IMG/VR virus record: IMGVR_UViG_3300035182_002586
Coordinates: 427,585-491,584 of that record
Source: a virus
DNA: 64,000 nucleotides
Direction: 5' to 3' (one strand)
Below are positions 26,724 through 35,969 of this stretch, in pieces; within the stretch, counting starts at the first letter, position 1, and each line of letters begins with the position of its first letter. Under the pieces are notes generated by a model. It was not told the origin of the DNA, searched no databases, and saw nothing but the letters and a program-made list of their open reading frames with translations. The position numbers and the translations under genes were made by a program.

Positions 26724-27473
26724 ATGGAGACTGACACCGAGCGGCTGGTCCGAGAGGCAGAAGAGGCGGGGAAGAAATTGCTGGCCGACCTCCAGCAAGA
26801 GACCGACGCCCTACGCGAGAGGCTTCTCCCCATCGGAGAGACCCTTCGAGAAGCCGAGGTGTACCACGAGCGTGGGAGCACAGCCGGCTCGATGGTGTTC
26901 GTCCTGAGGGCGCTCCGCGAGTACGGAGCGGTCCTCACCGGCATCCTCGACCTCATGTGTGACTCGCCCGAGAAACGGGCCGAGAAGGCTGCGAACCTAC
27001 CGAAGGTGCACCACGCGCCGAAGGGGCCCCGAGCAACGTGCGGAGCCCTGCTCGTCGAATGGGACAAGTGGTCCGACACCTTCGAGGGGGTGACCTGCGA
27101 AGCGTGTCGGGCAAGGGTTAAGGAGATCCGTGCGGCGGCCAAGATGATCCCGTTCACGAGCTACCCGCGGATCCCCGTCGTCCACGTGCTTCGTGAGGGA
27201 CTCCCTGTCTGTGCCTTCTCTAGCCGGGTCCCGGGGGAGTGGCCGAGCGGTCACCAGTGGGTCTCGGAGGAGCACCTCTCCGATGTCACGTGCGGCGTCT
27301 GCAAGGGCGTGACGCAACACTACGAGATCATCGGTGGCCACACGAACGAGGTCATCGGCTGCACGACGGGTGAACACGGGAAGGAAGACGTGCTCGCCGA
27401 AGAACCTGGAGCCACCTTCCGGCCCATCACGCGAGCCGACTGTGCCTCCTGCAAAGAAGCCAGGAGCAAGTAG
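26724..27473 (+). CDS. hypothetical Cys-containing protein 249 aa
   Basis: ORF track. Confidence 0.65.
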   Translation: METDTERLVREAEEAGKKLLADLQQETDALRERLLPIGETLREAEVYHERGSTAGSMVFVLRALREYGAVLTGILDLMCDSPEKRAEKAANLPKVHHAPKGPRATCGALLVEWDKWSDTFEGVTCEACRARVKEIRAAAKMIPFTSYPRIPVVHVLREGLPVCAFSSRVPGEWPSGHQWVSEEHLSDVTCGVCKGVTQHYEIIGGHTNEVIGCTTGEHGKEDVLAEEPGATFRPITRADCASCKEARSK

Positions 27474-27476
27474 CCC

Positions 27477-27782
27477 GTGACGAAGACCGCAGCGGAAGCG
27501 GAGGAGCGGCGCGCGTGGGAGTGGATCCACGCGCAGTGCGAAGCGCACGGGGTTACGTGGAAGACTCTCAGCCTGGCAGAGCAGCGAGACCTTACGCGAG
27601 CGATCCCCTGCAACCTCCGATGCTGGAGGGTCGGAGGTGCGGTCGACACGACCCCCGGGCAACCCTGCCCCGAGTGCGGCCGCCCGGTTCCACACCTCTC
27701 GCTGTGGGAGCGTCTGGTGGATGACGAGCACGGACCGATGGATCCCCACGTTCTACGCACGGTAGATGGACGGGAGATCTAA
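27477..27782 (+). CDS. hypothetical protein 101 aa
   Basis: ORF track. Confidence 0.5.
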   Translation: MTKTAAEAEERRAWEWIHAQCEAHGVTWKTLSLAEQRDLTRAIPCNLRCWRVGGAVDTTPGQPCPECGRPVPHLSLWERLVDDEHGPMDPHVLRTVDGREI

Positions 27783-27784
27783 CC

Positions 27785-27985
27785 ATGTCCGCACGCAAGT
27801 ACTCCGAACCCCTTCGCGCCTGTGCCGCCGAGATCGCCGAAGAAGTCGTCTTCACCGGCCGAAGCACCGGATGGTCCGGCACCCTCGAACAGTGCGAGGA
27901 GGTCCAGGACATCCTCCGCCCCTTCAACATCGCGTACGTCGACGACATGCTCGGCGAGTATGCGGCCCGCCCCCCGAAGCCGTAG
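27785..27985 (+). CDS. hypothetical protein 66 aa
   Basis: ORF track. Confidence 0.5.
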   Translation: MSARKYSEPLRACAAEIAEEVVFTGRSTGWSGTLEQCEEVQDILRPFNIAYVDDMLGEYAARPPKP

Positions 27986-27991
27986 GCGAGC

Positions 27992-28213
27992 ATGGACGAC
28001 GAGCCCTTCCTCTTCGCCTTCACGGCCGTAGTCGACTCGCGAGGCTATCTGGTCGGGCGTGCAGATGTCGGCACGAAGGGCTACACACCCGTTCTCCGTG
28101 AGGGGTTCTTCCCCACATACCACGCCGCGAAGGCGAGGGCCGAAGAGTTGAACAAACTCATGGGGATACCCAACGACGAGGCCGATCGCATCGTCACCAG
28201 CACGATGCGCTAG
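27992..28213 (+). CDS. hypothetical protein 73 aa
   Basis: ORF track. Confidence 0.55.
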   Translation: MDDEPFLFAFTAVVDSRGYLVGRADVGTKGYTPVLREGFFPTYHAAKARAEELNKLMGIPNDEADRIVTSTMR

Positions 28214-28242
28214 CTGTAAAGCACAGACGAGGCGCACCACAG

Positions 28243-28277
28243 AGGGTAAATCGATCGAACCCCGGTCGATTTACCCT
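28243..28277. terminator. bidirectional hairpin AGGGTAAATCGA-loop11-TCGATTTACCCT between convergent genes
   Basis: perfect 12-bp stem, AT-richer than surroundings. Confidence 0.5.
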
Positions 28278-28489
28278 TCAAGTGCTTCCTGAGAGGTGTA
28301 CGCAGACCATGCGTCATGGCTGTGGAAAACACGTGCACGGAGGGCAAGCAGTCCGAATTTTAACGTGACTTCGCGCAACGGACCCGTACTTCGGGCACCT
28401 AGAGTCAACCTCCACTCAATGAGCGGGGCGTAGACCTGCACGATGAAGCCGTAACCCCCACACTTCCAGCACGGCGGGTCTTTGGTCAC
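28271..28489 (-). CDS. small zinc-finger protein 72 aa
   Basis: GGTGTAGAGGGTCAAC-GTG; CWKCGG. Confidence 0.5.
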   Translation of the reverse strand: MTKDPPCWKCGGYGFIVQVYAPLIEWRLTLGARSTGPLREVTLKFGLLALRARVFHSHDAWSAYTSQEALEG

Positions 28490-28528
28490 GTTGACCCTCT
28501 ACACCGCGCTGTGGTGTAGGGTAGAAGC

Positions 28529-29011
28529 ATGATGCCCCGGCTGACGGAGAACGTCGCCCACCCCCTCTCCACGTTCAAGCGCTGCCAGCTCTGTGGCTTC
28601 GAGGGTCACCGGGACATCTGCGAGTTCCGCATGTGGGTCGAGTGCGACGAACAGGACAAGCCCGAGCCGGGCAACGTTCTGGTCGTCTGCCGTGGGGAAG
28701 CGTGCCGGAAGGCCATCAGCGACCACCCACGGCTCTACATCGAGGTACCGTGGGGCGAGGGCCTCCCCGGGCACTTCATGCTCCTGTGCGGCGACTGTGC
28801 CTTCCGGAAAGGGGTTGGCTGCACGCACCCCGACCTCAAGTCGAACGGGGGCGCCGGGTTGAAGGTCAGCATCGGCGGGCCCTTCTCAAACGTCCGGGTG
28901 TGCTTCTCGGACGGGACCTCCAGCACGGGGCCGCACCCGGCTGTCGAATGCATCGGGCAGACGGCGATCCCGCCGCCCTCCGTGTGGGAGCGCCTCGGGG
29001 AAGACCTCTAA
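28529..29011 (+). CDS. Cys/His-rich protein 160 aa
   Basis: GGTGTAGGGTAGAAGC-ATG; divergent partner of 28489 via CTACACC-7-GGTGTAG. Confidence 0.65.
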   Translation: MMPRLTENVAHPLSTFKRCQLCGFEGHRDICEFRMWVECDEQDKPEPGNVLVVCRGEACRKAISDHPRLYIEVPWGEGLPGHFMLLCGDCAFRKGVGCTHPDLKSNGGAGLKVSIGGPFSNVRVCFSDGTSSTGPHPAVECIGQTAIPPPSVWERLGEDL

Positions 29012-29013
29012 AA

Positions 29014-29436
29014 CTACGGAAGAAACTCGAACGGAAGAGAGTCCAGGAACAGGACTGTCCCTCGTGAGGCTTCGTGTCGAACGAAGGTATCGACCCCGAA
29101 GAAGGCTCCCACATAACCTCTTGGCCCCGGGCTGAGTCCCTGACCGAGGGCTGCGAACTGAGCCACCCCGTTAAGCGCGTGGAGGATGTCGGCGAAGTCG
29201 GCCGGGTGGATGACCATGGCCCGCACCGTGCGGTTCTGCCTCTGCGTCTCTGCGAGAAGCTCCCGGACGCGTTCGGCGGTTAGAGGGCCGAACCTCCGGT
29301 CCAGGTGGCCTGGGAGCGTCTGCTCTTCGAGCACGGGGACCGGAGGCTTCGGTGGTGGCGGAAGCTCTGGCTCTTCTTCCCCCGGCTCAAGGGGATCGTC
29401 GAGGAGGAGCCTCTCGTACGAGTTGAGTCGAGCCAT
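29014..29436 (-). CDS. hypothetical protein 140 aa
   Basis: GGTGTACCGGGGGAACCGCG-ATG. Confidence 0.65.
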   Translation of the reverse strand: MARLNSYERLLLDDPLEPGEEEPELPPPPKPPVPVLEEQTLPGHLDRRFGPLTAERVRELLAETQRQNRTVRAMVIHPADFADILHALNGVAQFAALGQGLSPGPRGYVGAFFGVDTFVRHEASRGTVLFLDSLPFEFLP

Positions 29437-29493
29437 CGCGGTTCCCCCGGTACACCGATGGATCGATCCCGGTCACGTGCGGTAGTAGAGACA

Positions 29494-29637
29494 TGGACAA
29501 CCACTCGTACCGACGGGCTTTCAAGGCATACCGCCGCGCAAACTTCATCGTCGAGGGACCGTTTGAGAAACGCCAGGCCAACCGGGCTTCCCGTAGGCTC
29601 TCGCGGGTTCTGGTGCGCCTGTGAGCGTCTTCATCAA
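29494..29637 (+). CDS. small basic protein ~47 aa
   Basis: full motif CGATGGATCGATCC-N-GGTAGTAGAGAC-ATG. Confidence 0.35.
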
Positions 29638-29969
29638 CAGCGTGTGGGTCAAAGAGGGCGAGTGCGTGGACTGGCCCTTGAACGTGCCCGTGAAGCTCGT
29701 CGACGGCTCGACCGCTACGGCGCGGGAGCACCGGAAGACCAAGCAGGCACAGATCGCGGGTACAGTGGGACGGCCGCAACCGCAAGGTCACGAAGGTCCC
29801 GGACTTCGGAACGAGCTTCACGGGCACCGCGATGGCCTCGAAGGGGTGGGAGCCCCGCTGGTACATGGTCGGCAAAGCGGCATTCGCGCGCTCGACGGTC
29901 GACGGTAAGTTCTTCCCGTGTACGCACCGCCCCAAGGTCGCCCCCGGTTTCGTGATGGATCCCGCCTGA
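29621..29969 (+). CDS. hypothetical protein with apparent +1 frame change near ~29755 (or two overlapping small genes)
   Basis: 5' part MSVFINSVWVKEGEC.. coding-like; 3' part ..KVTKVPDFGTSF..FFPCTHRPKVAPGFVMDPA coding-like in next frame and ends just after the downstream TGATGGATC element. Confidence 0.3.
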
Positions 29970-29988
29970 CCCACGTTGTAGAGGAAAC

Positions 29989-30288
29989 ATGACCACCACC
30001 AAGACCCTCCGCAAACCGACCGTCCACCTGAACGGCACGAGCCCCGACGCCCTCTTCGAGCAGCTCGCCAACGTGAACGGCGCGATCCGCAAGGCGATCA
30101 GCACCCTGCAAGAAGCTGCCCCCCACGGACGGGACTACTACCCGCAAGGGGACAACGCGATCAACGAGGCCACGAAGGAACACCTGGACCGCATCGCGCG
30201 TCTTCGGTCCGTGATGTCCGAGATCGAGGAGCTGGCCGAGCACGTGGCCGACGCGCGTGACGCGCGAGCGGCTCGGAAAGCCCGCTGA
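29989..30288 (+). CDS. hypothetical protein 99 aa
   Basis: full motif GTGATGGATCC-N-GTTGTAGAGGAAAC-ATG. Confidence 0.7.
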   Translation: MTTTKTLRKPTVHLNGTSPDALFEQLANVNGAIRKAISTLQEAAPHGRDYYPQGDNAINEATKEHLDRIARLRSVMSEIEELAEHVADARDARAARKAR

Positions 30289-30306
30289 CGCACAGCGTAA
30301 GAACGT

Positions 30307-30345
30307 GGCCACAGGTTCTCCCGAACCTGTGGCCTTTCGGCTATT
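30307..30345 (+). terminator. rho-independent terminator GGCCACAGGTT-ctcccg-AACCTGTGGCC + TTTCGGCTATTT
   Basis: perfect 11-bp stem, 6-nt loop, T-rich tail, 19 nt after stop. Confidence 0.65.
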
Positions 30346-30472
30346 TACCGCATCCTTTTCGCGGTCGAAATCAGGCTTCGGCTCCGTGACCTGGTGTACG
30401 GGATAGGGACAACCTACCTCTGGAACTCGGTGTTGGCCGAGACCCCCAAGACACGAAAGGAGTCGGACAGGC

Positions 30473-30775
30473 ATGGCAGCCGAAACGATGTCAATGAAGG
30501 TCCTCGCGGCGCTGAACGAGGGGGCCAAGACCCTCGCAGACGTCACAGAGAAGACGGGGATCCCTCGGCCCAAGACCTACGCAACGCTCCACCAGCTCCT
30601 CAAGGAAGGCAAGGCCACCAGAACCGGGCCGCGCGGATGGGAACGAGGCCGATGGGCACCCTCCGCAGCGGCGACCTCAGAAGAAGCGACCCCCTCAGAG
30701 GAGACGATCGAGGAACCGAAGTCAGGGATTCGCACTCGAAGCACGATGCGCTCCGCCACCCGCCTCGCCGGCTGA
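30473..30775 (+). CDS. winged-helix DNA-binding regulator 100 aa
   Basis: conventional SD AAAGGAG; MKVLAALNEGAKTLADVTEKTGIPRPKTYATLHQLLKEGKA wHTH pattern. Confidence 0.7.
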   Translation: MAAETMSMKVLAALNEGAKTLADVTEKTGIPRPKTYATLHQLLKEGKATRTGPRGWERGRWAPSAAATSEEATPSEETIEEPKSGIRTRSTMRSATRLAG

Positions 30776-30790
30776 CACCGCAGAACGACG

Positions 30791-30826
30791 AAAGGCTCCC
30801 GACCCCGCGATGGGGTGGGAGCCTTT
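30791..30826. terminator. bidirectional nested hairpin AAAGGCTCCC-loop16-GGGAGCCTTT between convergent regulator and flotillin genes
   Basis: perfect 10-bp stem; loop has inner ACCCC/GGGGT stem. Confidence 0.6.
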
Positions 30827-30844
30827 CGCACGTCCGGGGGTCGA

Positions 30845-32899
30845 CTACGAGGCGCCGTTGGTCGGCGTCGCCGGGGTCTTCTTGCCGACCTCGGCGCGGA
30901 TCTGGTTCCGCAGTGCCTCGGTCTCCGGGCTCCGCTTGGGGGCCGCCGAGAGCACCGTGTCAGCCGCGAACTTGTCCGACATCACCATCGTCAGCAGAGT
31001 CTCCAGGATGCCCGAGCCCTGGCCGTTCTGACTCCCGACGACGATGCGAGGCACCACATCGACCTTCGACTCACGGATGGCGTTCGAGAAGCCCTCCATG
31101 ACCTGCTGAGTGAGCTGGAACTTCGGACCACCGTAGGCAGCCACCTGCTCCTCGATCGCCACGGCCTGCGCGATACCGACGCGTGCAGCCCGGTCCGCCT
31201 CGGCTTCGGCGAGGTAGCGAACCTTGTCCGCTTCGGCGCGCGCCATCGCGCGAACCTTGTCGGCCTCCGCTTCTGCCATCGCACGGATCTGCGAGGCCGT
31301 CTGAATCGACCGCTGGTACTGCGCCTTGCCCTCGTTCTCCTGCGTCCGGATGGAGATCTCGGACTCGGTGAGCTGCTGCTGAGCCCTCGAAACCGCCTCG
31401 GCCTCGCGAAGCGCGCGTTCCTTCTCCGCAGCCTTCTGCTGGCGGTCGTAGGTGCCGATCTGCTCTTCGGCGATCTGACGCGAGCGGAGCTGCGTCAGGA
31501 TGGTGCCGATCTGCTTGTCGTTGTCGTCCGGCGACGGCGTGCCGATGAGGACCTCTTCCAGCTCCAGGTTGTACTGCGCGAACTTGGCCTTCATCCCCAC
31601 GGCCGACTCGCTCTGGATCTCGCTGCGCTCCTGAATGAGCTGGATCAGCGTCCGGGTCTGCGCCACGTTCTTGAAGTACGCGCTGACCATCGGGTCGAGC
31701 GTCTGGTTCACGAGGCGCTGGATGTCACCGAAGCGCTGGACAACGAGCGGCGCCTTGCGGTAGTCGATGTGCACGACAACCGAGAGCGGCAGCCAGGGCT
31801 CGAACGCGTCCTTGGTGATGAGCCCGACCTCGCAGAGGTTCTCGTCGAACTTGTGAGCAGACACTTCCGTCTCTTCCCACTTGAGGATGAAGTTCGTGGT
31901 CGGGACCGTGACGATCTTCCCGGCGTACGTGTTGAACGCGTACTTGCCCGGCATCAGAGCCTCGTCCCACACGCCGCGCTGACCCTTGCGAACCAGCTCC
32001 CCGTGCGAGTAGTCCGACCCCGAGAGGTCCGCGCCCGCCTCGCCCGTGTAGGAGACTACGACGCCGACCGTGCCGACCTCGATGACCGTCTTGGGGATCA
32101 GCTCGACCGTCGCGAAGAGCCGGTTGATGTAGTAGGTCCCGTCGACGAGCACCTGCATCTGGCGCCCACGACGGCCGCCCGCAGCCAGGAAGAGCAGAGG
32201 GTCCTGGAAGTTGTTGTGGTAGGAGGGCTTCTCCGGATCCTCTCCGACGAGCGGGGCGATCACGTCCCCGTGGGAGAGACCCGGGCCGTCGTGCACGGTC
32301 ACGACCCCGATCTTGTCGTCCGTGCCCCGGATCACGATCGGCTTGAAGCCATCACGCTCCCGGATGATGGTCGACATCTTCTCCAGCTCGTGCTTGTCAT
32401 TCGACAGGCTCAGCCCATACACCTCGTCCTCGGTGAAGACCGCGAAGAGGGCCGGGTTGATGGCGTACGTCCCCTCACGGAGGATCGTCATCTGCGGGCC
32501 CCGCTGACCTCCCCCTGCGAGGAACGCCCGAGCATCCCCGTAATTGGCGCACCCCACCACGCATCCTGCGAGGGTCTGCGTCGCTTCGAGCTGCTTGCCG
32601 TCGCGCGCGAAGACGTAGCCGATCTTGCCCTGCGGCACGGTGACCAGCGGCGCCTTGTGGACGCGGTACTGAATCGGCGTGAGCCAGTGGATGCCGCCAC
32701 GGAGCATGTCGGGCTGGTAGCCCGCCTCGCCCCCGAGGGCCATGAAGCCGCTCTTGACGGAGCCCTTGCGTGACCACCGTTTCTCAACGACGGCCACGCG
32801 ATTGTTCGGGATGACTCGTACCCCTGAGAGGAGCACAAAGAAGACGAGGAGGCCCAAGGCCACCTCGATGAGGAATGCCGGTTCGGGCAGGTGGTGCAT
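30845..32899 (-). CDS. flotillin / SPFH (band 7) family membrane protein 684 aa
   Basis: N-terminal TM, SPFH core (RVIPNNRVAVVEKRWS..PIQYRVHKAPL), long EA-repeat coiled coil (AEAEADKVRAMARAEADKVRYLAEAEADRAA); GGTGTACCACCGCGCC-ATG. Confidence 0.85.
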   Translation of the reverse strand: MHHLPEPAFLIEVALGLLVFFVLLSGVRVIPNNRVAVVEKRWSRKGSVKSGFMALGGEAGYQPDMLRGGIHWLTPIQYRVHKAPLVTVPQGKIGYVFARDGKQLEATQTLAGCVVGCANYGDARAFLAGGGQRGPQMTILREGTYAINPALFAVFTEDEVYGLSLSNDKHELEKMSTIIRERDGFKPIVIRGTDDKIGVVTVHDGPGLSHGDVIAPLVGEDPEKPSYHNNFQDPLLFLAAGGRRGRQMQVLVDGTYYINRLFATVELIPKTVIEVGTVGVVVSYTGEAGADLSGSDYSHGELVRKGQRGVWDEALMPGKYAFNTYAGKIVTVPTTNFILKWEETEVSAHKFDENLCEVGLITKDAFEPWLPLSVVVHIDYRKAPLVVQRFGDIQRLVNQTLDPMVSAYFKNVAQTRTLIQLIQERSEIQSESAVGMKAKFAQYNLELEEVLIGTPSPDDNDKQIGTILTQLRSRQIAEEQIGTYDRQQKAAEKERALREAEAVSRAQQQLTESEISIRTQENEGKAQYQRSIQTASQIRAMAEAEADKVRAMARAEADKVRYLAEAEADRAARVGIAQAVAIEEQVAAYGGPKFQLTQQVMEGFSNAIRESKVDVVPRIVVGSQNGQGSGILETLLTMVMSDKFAADTVLSAAPKRSPETEALRNQIRAEVGKKTPATPTNGAS

Positions 32900-32937
32900 G
32901 GGCGCGGTGGTACACCGAGTCCACCCCGAACGAGGCC

Positions 32938-34047
32938 CTACTTTCCCTTGCCGAGGAACTCCTTGATCGAGGGGAGGATCGCATCGCGGTCTGCGATCTG
33001 GCTCAGGGTCACCCGATCGTCGTCGGGGAATGCCGTTCGGAGGTCCTTGTAGAACTGCCCCGACCCGTACGGAGAATCGACCTGTCCGTACGAGAACACG
33101 TTCACGACGGGCAGGAGGCGATCGCGCAGGACCTTGATGCAATCCTCCGTGTCCTCAGTCGACCAGTTGTCCCCGTCGGAGAAGTGGAAAGGGTAGATGT
33201 TCCACGAAGATGAGGGGTAGTCCTTGTCGATGATCTTCATGCACAGGTCCAGAGCCGACGAGATCCTCGTCCCTCCAGACTCGCGCGTGTGGAAGAACGT
33301 GTGCCGGTCGACCTCGCGCGCCTCTGCGTCGTGGGTGATGAACCGGGTCTCGATGCCCTTGTACTGACGTCGGAGCCAGAGGTCGATCCAGAAGGACTCC
33401 AGGCGGACGATCTCTTTCTGGTCGTCGCCCATCGAGCCCGACACGTCCATCATGTAGATGACGACGGCCTGCGCCTGCGGCTTGAGGGTGATGTCCGGCG
33501 CGCGGTAGCGCCAGTCGTCTCGCACGGGCATGAGCACGGGCTGGTCGGGGTTGTAGTCCCCCGACGAGATGGCGCGCTTGAGCGTCTCCTTGTAGCTGCG
33601 CTTCATGTGGCGCAGCGACCCGGGCCCCACTCTGGAGATCCCCGTGTACTTGTTCGAGTCCTGGATGATGTTCTCTTTGCCCTTGTTCTCGATCTTCGGG
33701 AGTTGGAGTTCGTCTCCGAGCATGTCGGCGAGTTCATCCATGGAGATGTCCGCCTCGATCCCGTGCTTGTCCGTGTCCTTGCCGGCCTTCTTGCCCTTGC
33801 CCTTCTGGTCCGGGTCGCCGCCCACGGGATCGCCTACGTCCCCATCCCCCTGTCCTGCGCCCCCCGCCTGCTTGTCACCGTAGACGAAGCGCGGCATGTC
33901 GATCTGAGGGATCGGCACGGACACGACATCCTTGCCGACGCGGCCGAGAAGCTCCCCCGAAGAGATGTACTTCGAGAGGTTCCCGCGCACCTTCTTGCGG
34001 ATGATGTCCTTGAACCTCGAATGGTCTGCGCCGATGCGATTCGACAT
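32938..34047 (-). CDS. DUF444 / YeaH-YhbH family protein with VWA domain 369 aa
   Basis: VVIYMMDVSGSMGDDQK..GGTRISSALDL..IYPFHFSDGDNWS; GGTGTACCGGGAGGCTCC-ATG. Confidence 0.8.
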   Translation of the reverse strand: MSNRIGADHSRFKDIIRKKVRGNLSKYISSGELLGRVGKDVVSVPIPQIDMPRFVYGDKQAGGAGQGDGDVGDPVGGDPDQKGKGKKAGKDTDKHGIEADISMDELADMLGDELQLPKIENKGKENIIQDSNKYTGISRVGPGSLRHMKRSYKETLKRAISSGDYNPDQPVLMPVRDDWRYRAPDITLKPQAQAVVIYMMDVSGSMGDDQKEIVRLESFWIDLWLRRQYKGIETRFITHDAEAREVDRHTFFHTRESGGTRISSALDLCMKIIDKDYPSSSWNIYPFHFSDGDNWSTEDTEDCIKVLRDRLLPVVNVFSYGQVDSPYGSGQFYKDLRTAFPDDDRVTLSQIADRDAILPSIKEFLGKGK

Positions 34048-34085
34048 GGAGCCTCCCGGTACACCGGACGGTGTAGCTTAGCGCA

Positions 34086-34502
34086 ATGGCCGACGAAGAA
34101 GCCAAGGTCGACGTCGTGATCGCCACGCGCCTGTGGAAGCTCTATAACCTCGTGTGGACGGGCAATCTCTACGAGAAGGCCCGAGCGAACACGCTCCAGA
34201 AGTACCCCGCAGTCCACGAGTTCGTCCCCGAAGACAAGCGCACGAACCTCCCGGACGCCTGGGACCTCGGACGGGTCCGGCACTTCTACGAGCTGCTGCG
34301 CGCGGGCAAGTCCATCGACCCCATCGACGTGGACAACGAGTGCCACAACGGGTTCATCTACCCCGTCCCCATCGTCCTCGATGGCCACCACCGGCTCGTT
34401 GCGGCCGCCCTCGCAAGGGCCCGCATCCCCGTGCACTACGGTGGCCGGATTGACCTTCTCGACTACCTCACGGGCAAGCGACGGACGGCCCCGACGGCCT
34501 AG
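34086..34502 (+). CDS. ParB/Srx-like nuclease domain protein
   Basis: IDPIDVDNE..PIVLDGHHRLVAAALA. Confidence 0.55.
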   Translation: MADEEAKVDVVIATRLWKLYNLVWTGNLYEKARANTLQKYPAVHEFVPEDKRTNLPDAWDLGRVRHFYELLRAGKSIDPIDVDNECHNGFIYPVPIVLDGHHRLVAAALARARIPVHYGGRIDLLDYLTGKRRTAPTA

Positions 34503-34505
34503 CCG

Positions 34506-34838
34506 TCAGCTCGCTCCGCGCTGCTGCATGTACCCAAGCCCGTAGCTTGGGGTGGAGAGCGCAGCCTCGCCACGCTCCTCGAAGGGTCGGGGGTCGATCG
34601 CCAGACCCTTCGAGGTCAGAAGCTCGCAGTACGTCCGGATCTGCTCCCACGAGACGTGGATCCCCATCTCCCTGAAGTCCCTCGACCGAGCCACAATCAG
34701 GCCGTGGTTCCAGTCCGTGGTGACGAAGAAGACCTCGCCTGGTCGGAGCCACGTACGTCCCGTGTCGAAGGACCGGAGCACGCGCAGGGTGTCGATGGGT
34801 TGGAGGCGCTCGATCCCGTGGCCACGTCGTTTGGACAT
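34506..34838 (-). CDS. hypothetical protein 110 aa
   Basis: GGTGTACATGTGGAC-ATG. Confidence 0.55.
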   Translation of the reverse strand: MSKRRGHGIERLQPIDTLRVLRSFDTGRTWLRPGEVFFVTTDWNHGLIVARSRDFREMGIHVSWEQIRTYCELLTSKGLAIDPRPFEERGEAALSTPSYGLGYMQQRGAS

Positions 34839-34855
34839 GTCCACATGTACACCGG

Positions 34856-35515
34856 TCAACGCTTGGAGCGGTCGTACTCCCCGGCCAGGTGCTTCTTGAG
34901 GGTCTCCCCCAGAGCGCGCTCCAAGAGCCCTACGAGGTCCAGCTCCCGTTCGTAGGTGACCTCCCATGCGTAGGTCGCGCCCCCACCGAAACCCTCCACG
35001 ATCCGAGACTTGTGGGCTCGACACCCCGTACCAAGACCTTTCGCCAACAGCTCGTTGGCGTCCGGAGCCTCGTGCCACTCCGACTCGGCCTCCTCGTGGG
35101 ACTGCGCCCATCCGTAGCAGAGGCGAAAGCGCATCTCCAGCTTGTTCCCCTTCGCCGAAGCCTGCACGTACTCGACCGAGGGGCTCGTGGACTCGTGGTT
35201 CACAGCCGTCAGAGCGGCCTCGATGGCCTCGTCCAGCTTCGGAGAGTACAGCACCGGGTGCAGAGCCTCCCCCGTTGCCTCGTGCATGGTCTTGACGATC
35301 TCGTGGTACGCATGCGCCACGTAGGCTTCACGCGTCATCGCCTCCGGGGCGTCGGTGGCGTCGAGGTAGGTGGTACACCGGAGTACCTCCGTGACCATCC
35401 GGGTCGTCTCGTGCGGCTGGATCGCCTTGAAGGCGTTCAGGAAGAACTTGGGGTAGGTGGCCGCCACGATTGCCCGTTGGTTGTACTGGTAGGACATCTC
35501 ACACCAGGGTTTCAT
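34856..35515 (-). CDS. hypothetical protein 219 aa
   Basis: GGTGTACTTCTTCT-ATG. Confidence 0.6.
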   Translation of the reverse strand: MKPWCEMSYQYNQRAIVAATYPKFFLNAFKAIQPHETTRMVTEVLRCTTYLDATDAPEAMTREAYVAHAYHEIVKTMHEATGEALHPVLYSPKLDEAIEAALTAVNHESTSPSVEYVQASAKGNKLEMRFRLCYGWAQSHEEAESEWHEAPDANELLAKGLGTGCRAHKSRIVEGFGGGATYAWEVTYERELDLVGLLERALGETLKKHLAGEYDRSKR

Positions 35516-35561
35516 AGAAGAAGTACACCAGCGCGCTTTTTCCTTCTAGGCTTCCAAGGGT

Positions 35562-35969
35562 ATGGCCCTCCGCACGGTCGGAGATCCCCGGTCCGAAGTC
35601 GTGGTCCTTGGACCCCAAGGACGCATCGTGGGCCATATTTTCGTCGACCTCAGCCTCTACGGCATCGACGACCCCGTTCTCGATGACCAGGACCTACGAC
35701 CCTTCATCATCAACTGCCTCGACGGGATCATCCTCGTCGCCCACCGGCAGGTCGACCGCAAGTCGCGGTTCCTCGAACTCGGGCCCATGGATCTAGAGCA
35801 CGAGCCGGTTCTGCGCGAAGCCTTCGAGATGCCCGCCGCGCACATGTACACGAGCGACTACATCAGGCACACGCAAGCGGTGAACAACACCGAAGTCTTG
35901 CGGATCAAGGGGTTGGCCGGAGCCCATTTCGGACGACGGGCCCGTGCATCCAGTGGTCTCCCGAACTGA
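35562..35969 (+). CDS. hypothetical protein 135 aa
   Basis: ORF track; 3' end overlaps convergent RNA ligase gene. Confidence 0.4.
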   Translation: MALRTVGDPRSEVVVLGPQGRIVGHIFVDLSLYGIDDPVLDDQDLRPFIINCLDGIILVAHRQVDRKSRFLELGPMDLEHEPVLREAFEMPAAHMYTSDYIRHTQAVNNTEVLRIKGLAGAHFGRRARASSGLPN

